Assembly: GCA_051382305.1 (NCBI GenBank)
Contig: JBBCAV010000102.1
Coordinates: forward strand, 1 to 18,835
DNA length: 18,835 nucleotides
Source: Bdellovibrionota bacterium FG-2
GTDB taxonomy: Bacteria; Bdellovibrionota; UBA1018
Direction of reading: 5' to 3'
The notes under the pieces were generated by a model, which was given only the letters and a program-made list of their open reading frames with translations, did no database searches and was not told the DNA's origin. The position numbers and the translations under genes were made by a program. Below, in pieces: positions 8,193-15,395 of the stretch. The first letter of the stretch is position 1; the number at the start of each line of letters is the position of its first letter.

Positions 8193-9158
8193 TTATGCCG
8201 TAGAGTGAGTCCAATTATGGTGCGGAGTGCATAGACTGGTAAGGTTTTCCAGCGTGTTTGTTCCTCCTTCGGATATGGGGATTTTATGATGAATCTCAAT
8301 CCACCTGCTTTGATTGCATCGTTTTCCATGGGTAGATGCTCCAGGGGTGCCTGGGGTATCTGCAATATAGGTACATCGGCCTTGGTCTCTTAATCTCACC
8401 TGATGCAGGAGATTAGCCGGGATAGGGACGCGCTTCGCGCGCTGCGCGCGCTCCGCAGGCCGAGAGGCAGCCTGTATCGAGTCAGGTTGTGCGTCTTGGG
8501 TGCCCACAATCGCACCCTTTTTCGCAATCTGCCTTTCGGCGCGACGTACGGGATCACGTCGCCTTAGGTGCTCCTCGGTCATAGTGGCTATCGTCTCCTC
8601 AAGTGAAACCGCGCGCCCCTGGGCTTGACTTAAGAGATCTTGGACGCGCCTTAAGGCCAACATGTCCTTTTCGGAAAGTCCGATCTCTAGTTTTACGCGG
8701 TTCTCGGTCACGTAACTTGCCCGCTCAGGCGTGGCGGTTTGGGGTCTGATTTTCGCGACTTCTTTTTCAAGCTGCCGCTGGGACAAGGATGTGGCTTTCG
8801 CTAGCCACTGTGTTTTGTTCTGTTTTGTAAGGATAGGCGCAATTCTCCTCGCATTAGACAGAGTCATTGAACCGCCGGCAATAAGCTCTTTAAGCTCTGG
8901 CACCTCTCGAGCCTTACGCGCAACCGCAATGAGGTTGTAGGCTACGCTTTCGGACAATCCAAGCTCACGAACGACGTAGAGGAAAAGACTTGAGTGTCCG
9001 TGCTTGAGATAAACGCGGTGACGATCCACTTGATCGAGGATTTCCAGTAATTCAGCCTCGGCTCTTTTGTAGCGGGCGCTAAGTTCTACGGCGCGTTGAT
9101 GGATTTGCAGGGTAAGAGAAGGGATGGGCGTAGGCGACATGGGCGCGGTTCCTTTCAT
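8193..9158 (-). CDS. HNH endonuclease with long helical N-terminal (DUF222-like) region
   Basis: C-terminal VRLRDQGRC...RC...IEIHHKIPISEGGTNTLENLTSLCTPHH; N-terminal YLKHGHSSLFLYVVRELGLSE helical region; alternative start at 9140. Confidence 0.85.
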   Translation of the reverse strand: MKGTAPMSPTPIPSLTLQIHQRAVELSARYKRAEAELLEILDQVDRHRVYLKHGHSSLFLYVVRELGLSESVAYNLIAVARKAREVPELKELIAGGSMTLSNARRIAPILTKQNKTQWLAKATSLSQRQLEKEVAKIRPQTATPERASYVTENRVKLEIGLSEKDMLALRRVQDLLSQAQGRAVSLEETIATMTEEHLRRRDPVRRAERQIAKKGAIVGTQDAQPDSIQAASRPAERAQRAKRVPIPANLLHQVRLRDQGRCTYIADTPGTPGASTHGKRCNQSRWIEIHHKIPISEGGTNTLENLTSLCTPHHNWTHSTA

Positions 9159-9183
9159 GAAAGAAGGTTATATTGACGTCATG

Positions 9184-9237
9184 AAAGTGCGCGACAAGTG
9201 TATTAGAAAAAAACAGTGTATTAAAAAGTCGCACTTT
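9184..9237. promoter_or_regulatory. Inverted repeat enclosing a direct repeat upstream of the HNH gene
   Basis: AAAGTGCG (9184-91)/CGCACTTT (9230-37) enclosing AGTGTATTA at 9197-9205 and 9215-9223. Confidence 0.4.
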
Positions 9238-9417
9238 GACCGTGTAAAGTACCCATTTTGTTGCATGTCTCGAGGCCGTTTTCAATAAAAATTTCGCCAA
9301 AAACCGTGCTGACGAGAGTTAAGGCGGTAAGCAGAACAATCTTGCAAGGTTCAAAAAACCGCGTTTCTTTACCCGCTCGTTTTCCCGAAGAGCCACCATT
9401 TTTTCATGGATCAAATG

Positions 9418-9441
9418 AATTTTGCACAAGGATGCAAAATT
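9418..9441. promoter_or_regulatory. Perfect 9-bp inverted repeat with 6-bp spacer (protein-binding site or hairpin)
   Basis: AATTTTGCA-CAAGGA-TGCAAAATT, 85 bp beyond the kinase stop. Confidence 0.4.
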
Positions 9442-9526
9442 GGCTTATAGATGCGATTTTGGGTCAGCAGGCATCGATGCGGGCGAGCCTTGGACGGAGG
9501 ATTGAAGGAGGCGGCAGGATGCACAT

Positions 9527-11716
9527 TTACACTACGCTATACCACGCCTCTGGAGGTTCCTTGCCCAGTATCCCCGCCAAGAAGTCGAGGCCCTGAAACT
9601 TCTCGGGTTCATACCCGGTTGCGAGGTAGACCTTTTTGAATCCGAGCTCATAAATCTTCCTTGCAACTTCTTCGCCTTTGATGCCCTCGCCTAAATTGGC
9701 GTCGACATAGACGGGAGAGCCTTTTGCAAGGCTGGTTGCGATTTTAAAGAACTGGTCGGGATGAGAAAATGCACGAAGCTTCTTGCCACATTGTTTGGCC
9801 GAGATTTCCCAGTTCATATGGACGAGGCTGTCGTCGTCGAGCAAAATGGCATCGACTAATTCCGCTGCCACCCCAAAGGAGATCGGCACAAAACCCGCCA
9901 AGCCTTTTGGGATGAGGCGCACCTTGAGGCGCTGGCAACCTTCCATGATCTGCTGTTCTTCAAACCGGCTGGTGACAAGAATGCTCTGAGGTCCCAGATT
10001 GAGTTCCTCGATAAGTTTCAGTCCTGTTTCCTTAAAGCCTAATAACTCAAAGTCGGCAAGATAGAGTGCTTGCTCAGCTGCTGCTGGGTTCTCAAAAATC
10101 CAAGCCCGCAACTGCTCTGGAGTTGATAGGTGATGAACATCAATTCCTTTATCCGAGATTCGCAGCGAATCAAACCGGCCTTGCCAGATTTGATGAATAC
10201 TTGAGTCATCATCAAGCACAACGATTTTAGAGTTTGGAATCAGTTTGAGCTCTGAGACGAACCAATCTGGCGAAGGGGCTTGAGGGAGGATGACTCTCAC
10301 CGTGGTACCTTGACCAACTTCTGATTCGATATCGAGTTGCCCGCCCCAGGATTCAACAGCAGTTTTCGCATGATAGAGGCCAAGGCCTGAGCCACCTGTT
10401 TTGCCGTGAGTTTCGCCTTTTTTGCCTAAGTTTTTCAAAATCTCAGGCGTAATGCCTGTGCCATCATCTTGAATCGTGATGGCAATCGTGGATTCGTGAT
10501 TGGTCATGCCGATCGTAATCGCCCCTTTTTCGCCAAGAGCCTCAACGCTGTTGTTGATGAGGTTGGAGAGAACGCGCTTGAATTCGGTGGGTTGAATTTT
10601 CGCAAAAAGTCCATAAGAAGTCACATCAACGCGGCCGTCGATATCGATGCCAATTTTCGAGCGGAACTGCATGCGCTTTTCCGTGACGAGGGGTTCAAGG
10701 AGACTTGAAAGCAAGAGTGTGGCGGTGGGCTCCGCAGTTGTGGAGTGCGGCTCTGTGTTTTCGGTCAGTGCGCCGGCCTTTAGTTTGGCGGTTGCTTCTC
10801 GGTTTTTCTGAAGCAAATTGTTGGCGATATCGTGAATTCGATTGACCGCACTTCGCAGCATGACTCTTGTGTCTTCGGGGAGTGCGGTGAGATCTTTTTC
10901 CATGGAATTTATGGCGGCAAGCGGGGAGCGGATGTCGTGGGCGACTTGGGTTGCTACCTGATTAATGGCATCTTGTTTCTTTTTTTCTGATAATTCATTT
11001 TGCATATTTTGCAGTTGATGCGCTTTGTTGACAAACGCTTCAAAGATCAATGCGATTTCATCTCTCGGACCTTCAAGGCTATTTGTACCGCCGTCGAAAC
11101 TCAAAATTCTTCTCTTTAGGAGGATGACTCTTCGTGAAAGTCTCATCGCAATGGTGCCTAGAACCAAAAGAAAGATAAAAAAGGAAATGAACAGAGAGGT
11201 GAATACCGCCCGTCTCTCAGAATCACCATCCAAGAAGAAGTGAGAAGCATTAAGTTCTGCGTTGACGGTGCCTGCCTTAATGTTTCCGTCCGAGATGACC
11301 AGGTGAAGTGTAATGCGTTTTGATTTGATTTGTTCCTCAAGAGAAATCTGACGATCCATGTTGGCAACTTTGTCTATGTCCGGAACTTTTCCAGCGGAAA
11401 AGACTGGGACGCTATTGGCATCCGATACAACACCCCAAACAAGCGATCGCCCCAGATACACTGACAGGATTCGTCCAATCTCCTTGGAGTTCTGCAATCG
11501 TAAAGGGTCTACAAGCGCATCCTGGAGTGCAGAAACAATTTCGTTTCTCTGGGCTTCGATTCTCGAGGCGGCTCGGTCATTAAGTTCCTTTGAATACCAA
11601 ACTCCGATAGCTATCGACATGACGACAGAAGCGGCCACGATGATTGCAAAGGATTGTCCTATGAAGCTATCAGTGATCTTTCTCAAGTTTGACCTTTCCA
11701 AGATAGAAATTCCCAT
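9527..11716 (-). CDS. Membrane-bound hybrid sensor histidine kinase (2 TM, periplasmic domain, HAMP-like, HisKA, HATPase, two receiver-like domains)
   Basis: H-box QVAHDIRSPL, N-box LSNLINNSVEA, IQDDGTGI, GSGLGL; REC-like VVLDDD...YLADFEL and ILLDDD...YVDANL; start uncertain (ATG 11716 or TTG 11686). Confidence 0.9.
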   Translation of the reverse strand: MGISILERSNLRKITDSFIGQSFAIIVAASVVMSIAIGVWYSKELNDRAASRIEAQRNEIVSALQDALVDPLRLQNSKEIGRILSVYLGRSLVWGVVSDANSVPVFSAGKVPDIDKVANMDRQISLEEQIKSKRITLHLVISDGNIKAGTVNAELNASHFFLDGDSERRAVFTSLFISFFIFLLVLGTIAMRLSRRVILLKRRILSFDGGTNSLEGPRDEIALIFEAFVNKAHQLQNMQNELSEKKKQDAINQVATQVAHDIRSPLAAINSMEKDLTALPEDTRVMLRSAVNRIHDIANNLLQKNREATAKLKAGALTENTEPHSTTAEPTATLLLSSLLEPLVTEKRMQFRSKIGIDIDGRVDVTSYGLFAKIQPTEFKRVLSNLINNSVEALGEKGAITIGMTNHESTIAITIQDDGTGITPEILKNLGKKGETHGKTGGSGLGLYHAKTAVESWGGQLDIESEVGQGTTVRVILPQAPSPDWFVSELKLIPNSKIVVLDDDSSIHQIWQGRFDSLRISDKGIDVHHLSTPEQLRAWIFENPAAAEQALYLADFELLGFKETGLKLIEELNLGPQSILVTSRFEEQQIMEGCQRLKVRLIPKGLAGFVPISFGVAAELVDAILLDDDSLVHMNWEISAKQCGKKLRAFSHPDQFFKIATSLAKGSPVYVDANLGEGIKGEEVARKIYELGFKKVYLATGYEPEKFQGLDFLAGILGKEPPEAWYSVV

Positions 11717-13139
11717 TCATGCCGTTGATCATTGTTAGACCGGACCACTGCTCAGGGATGAGAAATGTGTCGATTCTTCGCGCGAATGGAACCACCCATG
11801 CCTTTGAAATCAGGTGATTTACAAACTTTGCAATCCACTTGGTCCTCAGAAGGGGCTCTGAATCCCTATAATGATCGAGTAAGTTTGCTAGGTCTTTGTC
11901 CACAAATTTAATGAGTTTGTTTTTATCCCTCTGCGAATATACGAAATCTGCCAAAATTCCCTCAGCTAATGGAAAGGGGGATCCAACCCCGCACATAAAG
12001 AGTTCATAGGTGCCCCCAGTGATGTCCTCTTGAGCTTCAGTAAGGGTGCGGCTGACGATATCGATTTGTACTTTTCCTAAACGTGAATTTAACTTGGCAA
12101 CGATGCCTTCGATTGCCTTAATATCTCTTTCGTCGCGGTAAATATTGAGAAATCTAAGTCGGGTTCCTCTTTTTCCTTGTTTCGCCAGTTTCTCACATTT
12201 TGCCAGATCAAATAGTGAGGAGATGGACTTCGAAGGGAGGTAGTTCTCAATCCCGCTGGGGACTACTGATGAGTAGGGAACAGAGTTGCTTTCGAAATAG
12301 GGAATGCTTTTAAGTTCGCTTGGATCCATGCAGGCTGCGACTAGAGTTCGTATCGTTTGATCAACCATGTTGAGGACCATGATATTGACCCTGTGGCTGG
12401 GATAAATGACGCGATTAAAGCCGAGGGGTTTGTTGCTCCCTGTATTGACCTGTAAAAGAGGAAAGAATTGAATTTGCTTACTTAAAAGTTCATCTATTGA
12501 GTAGACCAGTTTATCAAGTCGAACGGCAACAATTTTTGAAATGTCACCTGCCGTAAAATCAACGTTGTTGGGGTTTCGTTGCAAGGTCATTTCGTTCGCA
12601 TTCGCTGAGGTTATGTAGAAAGCCCCAGATCCCAAGGGAAAACCCGCTCCGTCCAATTTCTTTGAAGTCACCGCAAATGAAAGATCAGAAAGGCGTTCAA
12701 TAAAAATTGCACTGGGCCTTTTCAATTCAACGGATAGAACTTGATTCTTGATTGTGATTTTACTGATGTTAGGCAGCAGTTGTGTGCCGTCCGGTGTACT
12801 TCGCTCAAAGGCTTTCTTTATGTCCTCTATTTCTATTGGGGTGCCGTCAGAGAAATGTAGGTTTTCGCGAAAGGTGAATTCATAGATTCGGCGCTCTGCA
12901 GACGTTTTCCAATTTGTGAAAAATGGACTTGATAGCATTGCGTTTTCGGTAATGAGGAAGAGGGGTTCGTAAACCTGTCTTAGAACTTGAGTTTGGTTTG
13001 TAGACCTGGAAAAAATATTAAGTGCGGCCGTTGGAAGTAAGTTGACTCCAAGGCGTAGGGCCGTATTGGCAGCGCCAGAATTAGCGCTCACGGCTAGCGA
13101 CAGATTAATGAAGACCGTTACCCAGCGAAAAATGTTCAC
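11670..13139 (-). CDS. Family-5 (OppA/DppA-like) extracytoplasmic solute-binding protein
   Basis: Signal-peptide-like N terminus; QVYEPLF, YEFTFRENLHFSDGTPIEIEDI, PLGSGAFYI, LQRNPN; GTG 13139 with GGGAGG SD in a GTGA overlap with the upstream stop. Confidence 0.8.
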   Translation of the reverse strand: MNIFRWVTVFINLSLAVSANSGAANTALRLGVNLLPTAALNIFSRSTNQTQVLRQVYEPLFLITENAMLSSPFFTNWKTSAERRIYEFTFRENLHFSDGTPIEIEDIKKAFERSTPDGTQLLPNISKITIKNQVLSVELKRPSAIFIERLSDLSFAVTSKKLDGAGFPLGSGAFYITSANANEMTLQRNPNNVDFTAGDISKIVAVRLDKLVYSIDELLSKQIQFFPLLQVNTGSNKPLGFNRVIYPSHRVNIMVLNMVDQTIRTLVAACMDPSELKSIPYFESNSVPYSSVVPSGIENYLPSKSISSLFDLAKCEKLAKQGKRGTRLRFLNIYRDERDIKAIEGIVAKLNSRLGKVQIDIVSRTLTEAQEDITGGTYELFMCGVGSPFPLAEGILADFVYSQRDKNKLIKFVDKDLANLLDHYRDSEPLLRTKWIAKFVNHLISKAWVVPFARRIDTFLIPEQWSGLTMINGMNGNFYLGKVKLEKDH

Positions 13140-13837
13140 GCGGTGACCTCCCACTTTTCATAGGCGATATCTAAATTGGTTCGTCTTAGAAAGAATCTAA
13201 GAGCTTTGTGGTTGTTGGCAAAAACCTGGAGGTAAAGCGGCGATCCTAGGGTGACTTTTTCTGAAATTTTCTTCATGAGTATTTCCTTGACCGGGCCGTC
13301 ACGGAAGTTCTCGTCGACAATCAATCTCATAAGGAGGTTTATGGTTTTGTTGCCAAACGTTGAGTCGGGGACTACTGCGCCACACGCATGGCCAATCAAC
13401 TTTTCTTGGTGATAGATTTGAACCGTATAGCCATGGTCCTTGATTACTTTGGAGTTCTGTCCAAACAGGGCCTGCATTTCTTTGGGAAATATCACGGAGT
13501 CTCGGTTGTTTCTGGTGGCGAGTTCTAGAACACTTTTGAAATCGTCAATGGGATAGGTTTCCTCAATTCTGTAGTCAGTCGGCAGAGGCTGTGCCTGTCG
13601 CTCAAAAAAGTTTATGGAGTTGGAATGAAGAAGGTAGGAGTAACGTTTTCCAATCGCGAACTCTTCACCCTTTTTTTGAAGGTAGTATATCTTCTTAGCT
13701 TTGCCCTGGTAAGACTTGATAAGGTCGCTTAGGCGCGCTGAGGAGCGAGGTAGGAACTGAATGATGTTTACGGTTTCTCCGTTTTCTGTTTGAAAAATTT
13801 TTTCGGGAGGGCAAATGGGTAATTGTTGGTTAGTCAT
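13136..13837 (-). CDS. Protein with C-terminal GNAT-like acyltransferase fold
   Basis: KLIGHAC strand, motif-A-like RLIVDENFRD, motif-B-like LQVFANNHKALRFF; ATGA overlap with the radical SAM gene. Confidence 0.55.
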   Translation of the reverse strand: MTNQQLPICPPEKIFQTENGETVNIIQFLPRSSARLSDLIKSYQGKAKKIYYLQKKGEEFAIGKRYSYLLHSNSINFFERQAQPLPTDYRIEETYPIDDFKSVLELATRNNRDSVIFPKEMQALFGQNSKVIKDHGYTVQIYHQEKLIGHACGAVVPDSTFGNKTINLLMRLIVDENFRDGPVKEILMKKISEKVTLGSPLYLQVFANNHKALRFFLRRTNLDIAYEKWEVTA

Positions 13838-14745
13838 AATGAATGTTTCGTGTTTGATCGGATTTTGGATAGAATAGATTTGCAGGATGCACAGGGTGAG
13901 GTTACGTCGAAAGGCCCAGTGACGCCAAGATGACTGGCGATTTCTGATAGACTCTTGGAATTGCGGAGGTTGTGGTATGGGTCAGTTCGATTTTTTGATA
14001 GGAAGGCGGTAAAGTCATCATGTCTTTCGACTAGCCCGCAGCGAGCTGAATATGCCGAACAATTTGTGATTTTGCCATTTGTCCAAATGGTGGCTACGTT
14101 GGGTTCTCCGCAGCAGTAATCCGATGGGATATAGTTGTCTGTATATTGTCGCGAGTTCTGAACTTGTGTTGCTCGCCCAAAAAGGGCAATTGGCTGCTTA
14201 ATGATTTCGTTGTATTTAAACTCGTTGCTGTGAATTATCTTTAGAGTTTGGGCAAGTTCGCTCATGGTTTTGTAGGTGATCGAGTATGTAATTCGTATCG
14301 GGAGTTGACGGCAAATTGTGTCGAGGTTCTTGTAATTCGCGAGTGGAATGTGTTCAAGGTGGTAGTTATCAATCGAAACCCAAAGTTCCGATAGGCGGGG
14401 GAATGTACTTATCATGGCGGCTGTGCCTTCGTAGGTCTTGAATTCTCCTGCTCCAGTTGCAACCTTGATAGTTTTTTGTTCTTTGTAGGAAACGATTTTG
14501 GCTATTTCTTGCATTAGCGGCAGATAAAGAAATGGCTCGCCCCCATTAAAATGAACTTCTCGTATTTGTGGGAGCACAGCAACTTGGTGCGCTAGATTTA
14601 GTGCCGTTTGCTCATCTAATTTTGATTGGCTGTTGGGGGTTGCTCTAGCAAAGCAGTGCGAACATTTGCTGTTGCATCGGTTCCCCAGAATAAAGTTTAC
14701 GGCCGATACTTCTGACATTTTATGCTGCAGATTTTTAGTCGCCAT
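13834..14745 (-). CDS. Radical SAM enzyme with Cys-rich C-terminal Twitch/SPASM-like extension
   Basis: CxxxCxxC (CNSKCSHC), FNGGEPF, VSIDNYH; C-terminal CCGEP...IWTNGKITNC...C...CASC. Confidence 0.9.
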   Translation of the reverse strand: MATKNLQHKMSEVSAVNFILGNRCNSKCSHCFARATPNSQSKLDEQTALNLAHQVAVLPQIREVHFNGGEPFLYLPLMQEIAKIVSYKEQKTIKVATGAGEFKTYEGTAAMISTFPRLSELWVSIDNYHLEHIPLANYKNLDTICRQLPIRITYSITYKTMSELAQTLKIIHSNEFKYNEIIKQPIALFGRATQVQNSRQYTDNYIPSDYCCGEPNVATIWTNGKITNCSAYSARCGLVERHDDFTAFLSKNRTDPYHNLRNSKSLSEIASHLGVTGPFDVTSPCASCKSILSKIRSNTKHSL

Positions 14746-14953
14746 CCCATGAGCGGAGTTTCACTTGGCGCTGGATGGAACTCAGTTGATCAGGTGTGAG
14801 GTCACCCATCTTGATTGCATATTCCTCTTCGAATTGTTGAATTAGAGCGTTTCGCTCTTCTGGCAAAAGTGAGTTCCAATCTTGCTGGATTTGATCATTG
14901 AATTTGTCTGAGGGGGACAGGCTCAATAGAAAGGCAATTAGCATTGTATTCAT
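14735..14953 (-). CDS. 72-aa small protein; putative RiPP precursor peptide
   Basis: Strong AAAGGAG SD 6 nt before ATG; first gene of the operon, 11-bp overlap with the radical SAM start; ends in KLRSWDGD. Confidence 0.7.
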   Translation of the reverse strand: MNTMLIAFLLSLSPSDKFNDQIQQDWNSLLPEERNALIQQFEEEYAIKMGDLTPDQLSSIQRQVKLRSWDGD

Positions 14954-14996
14954 ATGGACTCCTTTGAAAATCGCAGTTCGTAGTACCGCGCGTCAA

Positions 14997-15024
14997 ACTA
15001 TAGTGCAACGTGTAATTTTGTCGA
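14997..15024 (-). promoter_or_regulatory. Candidate sigma70-type promoter for the peptide/radical SAM operon
   Basis: Minus strand TCGACA (15024-15019), 16-bp spacer, TATAGT (15002-14997); 43 bp upstream of the ATG. Confidence 0.35.
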
Positions 15025-15395
15025 GGAGGTGTTTTGCAAGCAATTATGGGAATCCCTTCGGTATCCGAGATGTTGTGATGGGTGTTCCTGCTTATGCACT
15101 TGACGAAACCTGCTATTGCGGAAGGGGAACAAGATCCGATCAAATCCGAAAATTGGATAGCGGCTCACAGAAACTTCTATCCGTGGCGTAGAGCGGAGGG
15201 CTGTTTTGAAAGTCATGCTTACTTCCTCGTACACCAGGTAAACAGCATAATTTCAAGCACATATCAGATGACGCAGGCGCTCCTGTCGCGATACAGACCT
15301 TTAGACTAATATAGTCGGACATTTGCAAGAGACCCGTTTCATTCTAGACCTAGGAAAAGGCTGCAAAGAAGGCGGCTTGATTTTCCCGACCTGAC

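Noticed and set aside
8193-9158. HNH protein as IscB/Cas9-like nuclease
   Set aside because: No PLMP or split RuvC motifs; the HNH domain is at the extreme C terminus
9258-9596. 112-aa plus-strand ORF between the HNH and kinase genes
   Set aside because: TTG start without SD, no motifs, and it overlaps the kinase 3' end
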